A stretch of DNA of 64,000 nucleotides. Origin: Promethearchaeota archaeon (GTDB taxonomy: Archaea > Asgardarchaeota > Lokiarchaeia > Sigyniarchaeales > SOKP01). The DNA is taken from positions 1 through 64,000 of the forward strand of contig JBHLLU010000013.1 in the NCBI GenBank assembly GCA_048938895.1, in the 5' to 3' direction. This document shows, piece by piece, positions 49,695 through 60,754 of the stretch. Every line of letters begins with the position of its first letter. The first letter of the stretch is position 1. Below the pieces are notes generated by a model that worked only from the letters and a program-made list of their open reading frames with translations, ran no database searches and had not been told where the DNA came from. The position numbers were made by a program, and so were the translations under genes.

Positions 49695-50852
49695 TTAAAA
49701 ACATCTATGAATCACTTGGGGACCTAATTCCTTATAATCTCTACGTGTTATCCACATCCGATAAAATGACTTTAGAGAACTTAAGATTGAGCCCCCAATC
49801 CAGACAGAATACATTCGTTCTGGTGGTGCGATTATTTTTACATCTATGGAGTCTGGTATCTGCTCTTTTATCTCTCTAGTTAATCTTTCTTTCACACCAG
49901 GAAACATTGTGGAACCTCCGGAAAGCACTATATTACTATATAAATCGCGACGAAGATCCATGTCACATTCGGATATTGCTCCCACAATTGCATCATCCAA
50001 AGGCAAAAGTTCTTTTCCTAATACAGAAGGATTGAAGAAACTTTCAGGAGCCAAAAATCTTTCAATACCTATTTTTATGGTCTCTCCATCGGGTAGCATG
50101 TAACTCTTTTCCATACCAGTCACTCGTTTTGAAAGTAAGATTTCTTTTTCGGGATCTAAAGCCACATAACACAATTTTTCTTTTATTTCCCTAACTACTT
50201 CCTTTTCCGAAGAGGATATAAACGAAAATCCATTTTGTCTTAGAAGTCTCTGTAAATAAATGGTAACGTCTCTCCCTGCAAGATCTATTCTTTCAATCGC
50301 GTGATTTAAAGCAAATCCTTCATAAATTGGAACAATGTGAGAAACACCATCCCCAATATCTATTACGCAACCAGTTGTTCTGCCAGAAGCATATAAAGAT
50401 AATACCGCTTGCGTTGCCACATATAAAGCAGGAACATTAAAAGTCTCAAACATTATCTCGGCCATTTTCTCCCGATTTGATCTAGGATTAAGTGGAGCTT
50501 CTGTTAATAGAACAGGATGTTCGGAAGGATCGATTCTTAAATCAGTATAAAAAGTATAATGCAATATGCGTTCCATCGCAGGCCAATCATCGACTATACC
50601 ATGCTCAATAGGAAACTGTAAATTCATGATACCTTTCATTTCTATCGCTTCACTACCTATATACCATTCACGTGAATAATCCTTGACATCAGGCATAATA
50701 TTACCATACTTAGGTTTGCCAATTACAGTTGGAAACACAGATCGTGGTTGATCTTCACCTCCAAATCCGTTTTTTGAGATTCCTGTGCCACTATCTATCA
50801 CAATAGCTTTGTTTGTTAAAAAATCCCCATTGACTGAAATTTTATCAAACAC
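49695..50852 (-). CDS. Asgard actin-family protein; start probably GTG at 50852 or ATT at 50840 rather than ATG at 50897
   Basis: VIDSGTG, PIEHGIV, EHPVLLTEAPLNP, QAVLSLYASGRTTG, DIGDGV, IKEKLCYVA, LSGGSTMFPG, YSVWIGGSIL, C-terminal HRCF. Confidence 0.97.
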   Translation of the reverse strand: MFDKISVNGDFLTNKAIVIDSGTGISKNGFGGEDQPRSVFPTVIGKPKYGNIMPDVKDYSREWYIGSEAIEMKGIMNLQFPIEHGIVDDWPAMERILHYTFYTDLRIDPSEHPVLLTEAPLNPRSNREKMAEIMFETFNVPALYVATQAVLSLYASGRTTGCVIDIGDGVSHIVPIYEGFALNHAIERIDLAGRDVTIYLQRLLRQNGFSFISSSEKEVVREIKEKLCYVALDPEKEILLSKRVTGMEKSYMLPDGETIKIGIERFLAPESFFNPSVLGKELLPLDDAIVGAISECDMDLRRDLYSNIVLSGGSTMFPGVKERLTREIKEQIPDSIDVKIIAPPERMYSVWIGGSILSSLKSFYRMWITRRDYKELGPQVIHRCF

Positions 50853-50900
50853 CTCGTTTTTCTTTTTTAAAGTTTGATAGAATACAAATAGCAACATTCA

Positions 50901-50930
50901 TATTTAAACTTTGTCACGCTGTGGTGACAA
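50901..50930 (-). promoter_or_regulatory. Actin promoter: TATA box (TTTAAATA, 50908-50901) with palindrome TTGTCAC-N6-GTGACAA (50911-50930) just upstream
   Basis: Read directly; GC-containing perfect 7-bp arms in an AT-rich spacer. Confidence 0.6.
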
Positions 50931-50980
50931 TCATGTTATGCAATACAGACAAAATAAATTAAAAAATAAATTAAAATGAG

Positions 50981-51376
50981 TTATAGATGATCCAATGTAC
51001 TGATTACTTTGGTGCTTTTTATTAATTCAAATAGTTCTAGAAGCACATTGTCAGGAGCTGCGACCATTACATACTTCAAAGTGCGTATATCCTTTATTTC
51101 ATTAATAAAATGAAAACCTTTATTTTTCATATGATCTACAAGAGCTTCCAAATCATCTGTTTCAATCCCTAGATGATGAATAGGTCCACGACCTTTTTCT
51201 TTAGGTGGTTGGTCATAAAAATTAATTTTTGATGTCCCAATTGAGATCATTACATTTCTCGCTCCAGCTACTTTTACATCAAAAAGAGTTTCAGCCCCAA
51301 ACATATCTTGATAAAATTTAATGCTTTCATCAAGGTTTGAAGCAAAAAGATGTGCATGATGTAGACTTATTTTCAA
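50981..51376 (-). CDS. VOC/glyoxalase family protein
   Basis: LHHAHL...FYQDMFG...IHHLGI...APDNVLLEL. Confidence 0.88.
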   Translation of the reverse strand: MKISLHHAHLFASNLDESIKFYQDMFGAETLFDVKVAGARNVMISIGTSKINFYDQPPKEKGRGPIHHLGIETDDLEALVDHMKNKGFHFINEIKDIRTLKYVMVAAPDNVLLELFELIKSTKVISTLDHL

Positions 51377-51440
51377 AATTTTCCCTTTATTATATTAATT
51401 CTTTATAGTATAGGGAATAATGAAAATTATATAGATATGT

Positions 51441-51872
51441 TTATGTCATGATATTTTTTTTTGGTCTAATTAGTATGATATGAATAGAAACTGCGAATGC
51501 AATACAAATTAATAATATCTGAACCCAAAATAACCTAATTAGAAAAAACGAAATCATTATTGTCAACCATAATAGTGCTAGAGTGATAATCTTGATTTTA
51601 ATTGGCATACCCTTTCCTTCTTTATAATTTCTAATATAAAATCCAAGAATTTTATTGTTTAGTAACCATCTGTGAAATTTCTGAGATGATTTGGCGAAAG
51701 CTGCAGAGGCAAGTAGAAGAAAGGGTGTCGTGGGAAGAATCGGTATTACAATGCCAATTATACCAAATATGAGTGAAATAAAACCTCCAATGAATATGAT
51801 AAGGTTTATTGTGTTCTTTTCTTTTTTATTCTTTTTCTCAATTTGTTCTGTATTTTTAGGATTTTCAATCAT
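51441..51872 (-). CDS. YbaN/DUF454 membrane protein
   Basis: GIVIPILPTTPFLLLA...FAKSS motif. Confidence 0.88.
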   Translation of the reverse strand: MIENPKNTEQIEKKNKKEKNTINLIIFIGGFISLIFGIIGIVIPILPTTPFLLLASAAFAKSSQKFHRWLLNNKILGFYIRNYKEGKGMPIKIKIITLALLWLTIMISFFLIRLFWVQILLICIAFAVSIHIILIRPKKNIMT

Positions 51873-51899
51873 TGTCTAAAAATCTAAATATAATTATAT

Positions 51900-52319
51900 T
51901 TAACTACATTCCTCACATTCATAATAAAGATCAATACGTTGAGCTTTAGGCTTAACTCCTGATTCAGAAACAATAGTATTCCAAAGCTCTTTAACTTTCT
52001 CAGTTTTAAAATCATGGATTTTTCCACATTTTGTACAGACCATATTGATATGAAGTTCCATATCTGGATCATATCTTGAACTACCTTCATTGAACCCAAG
52101 TTCTTGGATTAAGCCTATTTCTTTTAAAAGATGTATGGTTTTATATATAGTTCCTAAACTTATAGTTGGATAGTCTTTTCTCAACCGTTGATATATTTGG
52201 TCTGCTGAAGGATGATCTCTTCGTGATAATATAAACTTGCATATTGCTAAACGTTGAGTGGTTACCTTGTATCCCCTTTCTTTAAAAATGTGTATTAATT
52301 CTTGATTATCCATTAGCAA
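51900..52319 (-). CDS. Fur-family regulator, PerR-like
   Basis: TTQRLAI, HPSADQIY, SLGTIYKT, HINMVCTKCG, CEEC; directly downstream of katG. Confidence 0.88.
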   Translation of the reverse strand: MLMDNQELIHIFKERGYKVTTQRLAICKFILSRRDHPSADQIYQRLRKDYPTISLGTIYKTIHLLKEIGLIQELGFNEGSSRYDPDMELHINMVCTKCGKIHDFKTEKVKELWNTIVSESGVKPKAQRIDLYYECEECS

Positions 52320-52364
52320 TCAATAAAACCTTTAATAAAATATAAAAAAAAAATAGAAATTTAA

Positions 52365-54593
<2,229 letters not shown>

Positions 54594-54644
54594 CTAGGAA
54601 ATTGGAATAATAAAGAATCTAAATCAGATTATCAGAACTATTCC

Positions 54645-54667
54645 TAAATAATAACTATTATTATTTA
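54645..54667. promoter_or_regulatory. AT-rich inverted repeat TAAATAATAA-CTA-TTATTATTTA upstream of katG; possible Fur/PerR box
   Basis: Perfect 10-bp arms in the katG promoter region; AT-rich, so weak. Confidence 0.4.
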
Positions 54668-54749
54668 ATTATATTTTTTTTAAAAAAGATTGTGCTTATA
54701 ACATATAAAAATTTCAAGCAAATTAGGTTTAAAGCAATTTTATTACAAT

Positions 54750-55793
54750 TTAGTATCTTCTTGGTTTACGAGGATAAGATTTGTATTTTGTTCTTGGTTC
54801 TGTGCTAATCCAATCTCTCTGCTCATCAAGTTGAGAAAGTGAATACAATATATCATATGTAATCCATCGAGATGCTTCTGGTTTTGGTTGATATTCCCAT
54901 AATTTATAAGATCCTTGGGATTCCTCTAAAAACCTAACAATTCCTGCAATTCGAGGATCACTCATTGACGCTCCTACACGCCAACATAAATTTAAAATAT
55001 GGGCGATATCAAATCGAGCAAAGTATGTCAAATAGCCTCGTGCAGGTTCAATTCCAATATATCTCGCAACTTCAAATCCAAGTGTTTTTCTATCTCTAGT
55101 TTCACGGGCAAGCAATAAATCCAATACTCTTTTAGTTACAGGTCCTTTGGACCTCTTAGGATGGTAAGCAAAAGCAGTTAATGCCCCAGTAGAGTTTGAT
55201 CGGCATCCTAACCTTGAGTTAGGAAGTTGACGATATCCCACTACTTGATATCCGATTTTTCCATCAGGTGATAAATACGTTGGCCATGAACCATCTTCTG
55301 CTCTGATACTTAAAAGATAATCGTAAGCTTTCTCTGATCTTTTATCTTCAGCATATCCACACATCGCTAAAGCTCTCAAAGGGATTGTGGTGATCAATGG
55401 GGAGATCACCTCTCCATGATTAGGATGCTTAAAAGTTGGTTTACCATTCTTGATTGGCCAGGAACCATTAGCTAATTGATGTTTAAATAAAAATTCTGCT
55501 GCTCTTTGTATGGGAGGAAAAGATCTATCAAATCCTAGAAATCCTAATCGAATGAGAGCATGAGCAGTATTTCTTAGAGCACCCTGGAGTCTCAATCCGA
55601 CTCTATCTGAAGCACCCCAAGAACCATCTTGACTTTGAAAATTAATTAAATCTCTTATAAGAGGATCTTCAAAGCGTAATTTTTGTAATTCTTGGACCTC
55701 CTCATGATTTTCTTTCATATGAAGGAGATTTCTCAACACTAGATATCGTAAAGCAACTGATTTATCAGCAAGTAATAGTGGTATCCACGTCAT
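54750..55793 (-). CDS. Prenyltransferase/squalene-cyclase-type alpha/alpha-toroid repeat protein
   Basis: QW-like repeats QSQDGSW, QLANGSW, RAEDGSW; ATGA overlap with the upstream uvrA. Confidence 0.75.
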   Translation of the reverse strand: MTWIPLLLADKSVALRYLVLRNLLHMKENHEEVQELQKLRFEDPLIRDLINFQSQDGSWGASDRVGLRLQGALRNTAHALIRLGFLGFDRSFPPIQRAAEFLFKHQLANGSWPIKNGKPTFKHPNHGEVISPLITTIPLRALAMCGYAEDKRSEKAYDYLLSIRAEDGSWPTYLSPDGKIGYQVVGYRQLPNSRLGCRSNSTGALTAFAYHPKRSKGPVTKRVLDLLLARETRDRKTLGFEVARYIGIEPARGYLTYFARFDIAHILNLCWRVGASMSDPRIAGIVRFLEESQGSYKLWEYQPKPEASRWITYDILYSLSQLDEQRDWISTEPRTKYKSYPRKPRRY

Positions 55794-58700
55794 GATGTAC
55801 CCTCCAAGATTCTTTTAAGGTATGGGGTACTTGGTGTATTCTTTTCCATAATTGTTTCTGGTGTACCAGATGCTATAACTTCACCTCCATCTGGTCCCCC
55901 AACAGGGCCTAATTCTATTAACCAATCACACGCTGCCAGTATATTTGGATGGTGTTCGACAACAATAACAGAATTTCCTTCTTTTACCAATCTCTTAAGA
56001 ATCCCTATCAAACGTTCGACATCTTCTAAATGCTGACCATAGGACGGTTCATCCAGAATATATAAGCTATTAGATTTGGTTTTTTTGCATAATTCATTAG
56101 CAATTTTCATTCTTTGGGCTTCTCCTCCACTTAAAGTATATCCTGGTTGCTGCAGAACTAAGTAACCTAGTCCAACATCAATAGCAGCTTTTAAATAACG
56201 ATTAATATATTCACTTTCCTCTTTGAATAATGAATATACCTCATTGATCGTCAATTTCCCCAGTTCAGGCAGTGAATATCCATTTACTTTTACATCCCAA
56301 AGTTCTGGAGCATAACCAGTACCTTTACAGATATCACAATCAGAAAAGGTTGTGGGTAGAAAACCCATATCCATTTGAATCCTACCACGACCCTTACATA
56401 CAGTACACCTTTTTTTAAAAGTTGCTTCGGTAAGTCCCAACACATCAGCATCTTCACTTTCAGCAAATATTTTAACAATTTTGTTGTATAAACCAAAGTA
56501 TCGCATAGGGCTATAGATTTTTTTTTTTGATTGATCAACCAGTAATACTTTTTTAGGCGCACCCTCAATTGAATCATGATCTCCTGGTTTAATTTGTTCA
56601 GAGGCTAAAGAGGTGGTAAATTTTTTGGAACTAAGTGCAATTCCAAGTGTATCAATAACCAATGAGCTTTTTCCTGAACCTGAAAGCCCTAAAACACCAA
56701 CTAAAACTCCCAAGGGAATTCGAACATCAACATTTTTAAGATTGTTTTCTCTTGCTCCTTTGATCCTCATCCATTTCTTAGGTTGAATCCTTTCTACTTG
56801 ATTTGTTGAAATAGTTTTACGTTTTCCACTTAACCATTGAGAAGTTATTGTATCTTTTTTTAATATTTCATCAAGGGTTCCTTGAGCTATAACTTCACCC
56901 CCAAAAGTACCCGCTCCTGGACCCATATCTATAATATGATCTGCTTTTTTAATAATCTCTTGATCATGTTCAACCACAATTACAGTATTTCCCTCTTCAC
57001 ATAATTTTTTTAATACTTCAGAAAGGTTATTTACTTCTGATGAATGTAATCCACGGCTAGGTTCGTCTAATAACAAAGTTATTGAAGTCAAACCGCTTCC
57101 TAGAGTAGATGCTATTCGGAGTCTTTCATATTCCCCAGCTGAAAGGGTGTATACAGGACGATCTATATTTAAATAGCCTAACCCTACTTTCTGGATATTT
57201 TCTAATCGTTTGATCAATCTCTCCCAATATTGTTTTTTAAGAGGGAATGGTGAAAAATCTTCCACATTTATCATTTTCAATAAAGCTGAAAGATTCTGAA
57301 GAGTCATTTGGCGAAGTTCATGAATATTTTTTCCCTTCAATCTAAGAGACAAATAATCACTTCTGAGACGTTGTCCATTACATTCGGGACAAGTAAATTT
57401 ATCAGAGTAGGTTTCAAATAAATCTCCAAATGACCACCAAGAAAATCCACCCCATTCATGAAATGGTCCAGTCCACTTGCTTTTTCTTATCCCTTTTTTT
57501 ACTGTTCTTGTTTCATACTCATGCTCAAATAAAATATCACATCCAAACAGAAATGCTTGCTGAGCTTCCTCTGACATTTCATTCCAAGGAGTTTTTTCAG
57601 GATCATATCCAAAATGTTTACTCATCGCCCTTAGTGTATAATAGGGGTGATTGTATTTTTTACAATAATACCCAAATGGCCAAAAGCCAGGTGAATACAT
57701 CGCCCCTCCACATATTGGTTTGTCAGGATGAATAATGAGCTTTTCTGGATTAGGTTTTCCAAAAAAACCTAAACCTTTACATTTGGGACAGCATGTAGCC
57801 AAATTCATAGGTGAAAGCATCTCAGGGGTTATGATTCCTAAATGACGATCACACTCTGGACAAGACCATCCATCTTTTTTATTAACCATAAGTTTTTCAC
57901 AATTTGGACATTCTATCTTTCCAAGAGTTGCTACAATGCTAAATAAATTATTGAGTAAATCTGCTGCATTTCCAACAATATAACGGGGATCAATTCGCCA
58001 AGAGTAATATGAACCACCAGCTCTAGTGACAGCTGTTACTCCCAATCCTGAAATACTATCAACTGGTGCCTCAGGACCTTCATTTATACTTTGTCTCTCA
58101 TACATAGATAAGCTCTCTAAAAATCTTCTGCGAGCTTCTAATTCTAAAACATCACTAACTAAACTAGATTTCCCGGATCCTGACACTCCAGTGACAACTG
58201 TTAATTTCCCTTTGGGGATAGTTACAGATACATTTTTTAGGTTGTTCGCTCTCGCTCCTTTTATCGAAATTTGTTCTGGATTTGAAAGTTTTTTATTAAT
58301 TACAAAATATTCGGGAATACTTGCTTTTTCATCAATAAGAGCTTTTGCAGTTAGTGATTCTGAATTTTCGATTAAAGATTTGTAATCTCCCATGTGAATT
58401 AATTTACCACCTTTAGGCCCAGCTCCAGGGCCTAAATCAATAATCCAATCTGCAGCTCGAATAATATCCGTATTATGTTCCACTATAACTATTGTAGCTC
58501 CAACCCTAACAAGTCTGTCGAGTATTGTCAATAATCCAGAAAGATCAAAGGGAGATAATCCAGTACTGGGTTCATCTAATACTATTAAATGCTTGGACAA
58601 ATCCTTCTTTCCTAGGTATTTTGCTAATTTAACACGTTGAGCTTCCCCACCTGATAGAGAGGGTGATGGCTGCCCAATATGTAGATAACCCAAACCAATA

Positions 58701-60703
58701 TCAATCATTGCATCTAAAATTGACTTTGCTGAATTTAACTCTGAATCAGAAAGAAACGTACTGTTCAAAATAAAGGGAGTAGCTTCTTCTATACTAAGTT
58801 CATAAAAATCACCAATTGATGCTTTTTGGCCGTTAAATTCAACTTTTACTTGCATTACTTCCTCATTAAACCTTTTGCCATTACACATCTCACAAGGAAG
58901 CCAAATAGGTGCAATATAAGGGAGTTTAATTTCTTCTGCTCCTATCCCTTTGCATTTAGGGCATTGACCTTCCTTCCGATTAAATGAAAAATGTGATATA
59001 GACAATCCTGAAGCTTTTGCAAATAAATTTCGTACTATATCTGACAATTTTGTGTAAGTGGCTGGATTAGAACGAGGATTCTTCCCAATTGGAGATTGGT
59101 CAACTAAAACAGGTTTTATTGGGGATCCTCTAATTCCTTTGCACCCAATATTTTCTTTTTTCGTTAGGGAAGCGACTAAAACATCTTTAACGAATGTACT
59201 CTTTCCTGAACCAGATACACCGGAAACAACTGTTAATCTTTCCAAAGGAATCTTTATATCAATATTTTTCAAGTTGCGAAGATGCACACCTTCAATTTCA
59301 AGAAATTGCCTAGGAGGAGGACGCATTTTTGGTATATGGACTTTTTCTCGAAAGCTGAAATATCTACCAGTCTTTGTATCTTGTTGCCATAACTCCCTAG
59401 GAGGACCTGTAAATACAATCTCACCTCCCTTCTTTCCAGCTCCTGGCCCAATATCTATAGAGTTATCTGCAATCGCAGCAGCCATACGATCATGTTCAAC
59501 ATAAACAACTGGACCTGCGAGATCTCGGAAAGCAGGTAAAAATTGTATTATGTCTGATGCTGCTAATCCAATTGTGGGTTCATCTAAAACATGTAACATA
59601 TCTTCTAAGCGACTTGCAAGAATAACAGCTAATCTAACTCGTTGAGATTCCCCACGACTTAAAGTAGGGGAAGAACGGTCTAGAGAAATATATCCTAAAC
59701 CCACCCTCTGCAAAGCCCGTATTCGTTTTGCTATTTCTTCCTTTAATCTTTTTGCTGTCTTTGGGAAGAATGTACCATTTATCACGGAAGCAAAATCGTC
59801 AACCGACAATCTCAAGAGTTCAGGAAGATTTTTACCTTGCCATTTTACTGCTGCTGCTTCCGGATGAATACCAGTACCTTGACATTTCTCACAACCCTTC
59901 CCTTTACAATACTCACATTGCTGGTGAAAGTATTTGGGCTCTAACTCAATAAAATTATAATCGCATACAGAGCATGTTTGGGATTTATTTAATACAAGTT
60001 CTTGATCCTTATGCCTACCAATAACAAGAGAAGATCCAAGTTCAAAAATCTGTTGAATAAGATTACGTATTTCAGTTACTTTTACATTTCTATTAAGATC
60101 AGCTAGCTTTATTTCAACTGTATGGGTTTTCGAAGGATCGAGATGAGGAGGATCAATGATGCATGAGCTACCGTCAATATATATAGCTTCATCATCAAAT
60201 CTTTCCCTCAACATGCTTATTAACGTTTTATGGCTTCCAATTGCAAATCTAACTATGGGTACAAAGATTTCAAGAGAATGGGATTTCAATTCTTGCTGCA
60301 ATCGTTCAATTATGGCGTCTTCAGAAAATTGAATTAGTCCTGTTCCACATTTAGGACAGAATCGTTCTCCAAAATTAGAAAATAATATTCTTAAGAATGG
60401 ATGCAACCCTGATGCAGTCGCTAAAGTTGAAAATGGATTTCGATTTAATACATTTTGATCAATAGCAATCGCAGGACTTACTCCAGTAATACTCTCCACT
60501 TTTGCTTTAGGCATTCGTAAACGAGATGATCTGGGAGTGAAAATTTCAATAAACCGCCTTCTCGCTTCATGGTATAGAGTATTATAGACTAAGCTGGATT
60601 TTCCACTTCCAGAGATGCCCGATACTACTGTCAGACCATCTTGGAGGATAACATCAATATTCTTTAAATTGTTTTCTCTTGCTCCTTTAATCTTTATTTC
60701 CAT
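55790..60703 (-). CDS. uvrA: Double-length UvrA-like protein with four ABC ATPase domains
   Basis: Four (GAR/HLR)xNLKN and GxSGSGKS motifs; four signature motifs (LSRGE, LSGGE, LSAGE, LSGGE); CxxC zinc modules. Confidence 0.88.
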   Translation of the reverse strand: MEIKIKGARENNLKNIDVILQDGLTVVSGISGSGKSSLVYNTLYHEARRRFIEIFTPRSSRLRMPKAKVESITGVSPAIAIDQNVLNRNPFSTLATASGLHPFLRILFSNFGERFCPKCGTGLIQFSEDAIIERLQQELKSHSLEIFVPIVRFAIGSHKTLISMLRERFDDEAIYIDGSSCIIDPPHLDPSKTHTVEIKLADLNRNVKVTEIRNLIQQIFELGSSLVIGRHKDQELVLNKSQTCSVCDYNFIELEPKYFHQQCEYCKGKGCEKCQGTGIHPEAAAVKWQGKNLPELLRLSVDDFASVINGTFFPKTAKRLKEEIAKRIRALQRVGLGYISLDRSSPTLSRGESQRVRLAVILASRLEDMLHVLDEPTIGLAASDIIQFLPAFRDLAGPVVYVEHDRMAAAIADNSIDIGPGAGKKGGEIVFTGPPRELWQQDTKTGRYFSFREKVHIPKMRPPPRQFLEIEGVHLRNLKNIDIKIPLERLTVVSGVSGSGKSTFVKDVLVASLTKKENIGCKGIRGSPIKPVLVDQSPIGKNPRSNPATYTKLSDIVRNLFAKASGLSISHFSFNRKEGQCPKCKGIGAEEIKLPYIAPIWLPCEMCNGKRFNEEVMQVKVEFNGQKASIGDFYELSIEEATPFILNSTFLSDSELNSAKSILDAMIDIGLGYLHIGQPSPSLSGGEAQRVKLAKYLGKKDLSKHLIVLDEPSTGLSPFDLSGLLTILDRLVRVGATIVIVEHNTDIIRAADWIIDLGPGAGPKGGKLIHMGDYKSLIENSESLTAKALIDEKASIPEYFVINKKLSNPEQISIKGARANNLKNVSVTIPKGKLTVVTGVSGSGKSSLVSDVLELEARRRFLESLSMYERQSINEGPEAPVDSISGLGVTAVTRAGGSYYSWRIDPRYIVGNAADLLNNLFSIVATLGKIECPNCEKLMVNKKDGWSCPECDRHLGIITPEMLSPMNLATCCPKCKGLGFFGKPNPEKLIIHPDKPICGGAMYSPGFWPFGYYCKKYNHPYYTLRAMSKHFGYDPEKTPWNEMSEEAQQAFLFGCDILFEHEYETRTVKKGIRKSKWTGPFHEWGGFSWWSFGDLFETYSDKFTCPECNGQRLRSDYLSLRLKGKNIHELRQMTLQNLSALLKMINVEDFSPFPLKKQYWERLIKRLENIQKVGLGYLNIDRPVYTLSAGEYERLRIASTLGSGLTSITLLLDEPSRGLHSSEVNNLSEVLKKLCEEGNTVIVVEHDQEIIKKADHIIDMGPGAGTFGGEVIAQGTLDEILKKDTITSQWLSGKRKTISTNQVERIQPKKWMRIKGARENNLKNVDVRIPLGVLVGVLGLSGSGKSSLVIDTLGIALSSKKFTTSLASEQIKPGDHDSIEGAPKKVLLVDQSKKKIYSPMRYFGLYNKIVKIFAESEDADVLGLTEATFKKRCTVCKGRGRIQMDMGFLPTTFSDCDICKGTGYAPELWDVKVNGYSLPELGKLTINEVYSLFKEESEYINRYLKAAIDVGLGYLVLQQPGYTLSGGEAQRMKIANELCKKTKSNSLYILDEPSYGQHLEDVERLIGILKRLVKEGNSVIVVEHHPNILAACDWLIELGPVGGPDGGEVIASGTPETIMEKNTPSTPYLKRILEGTS

Positions 60704-60754
60704 AGGAACTAAATTCTTAATTTTTTATCTCAGTAGGTATTGAATTAATTAAAA

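Noticed and set aside
50853-50897. Track-annotated actin N-terminal extension starting at ATG 50897
   Set aside because: That ATG is only 3 nt from the TATA box and upstream of the predicted transcription start; the GAGGTG SD lies downstream of it.
54750-55793. Squalene-hopene or oxidosqualene cyclase
   Set aside because: Only 347 aa, a single toroid, and no DxDD/DCTAE catalytic motif.
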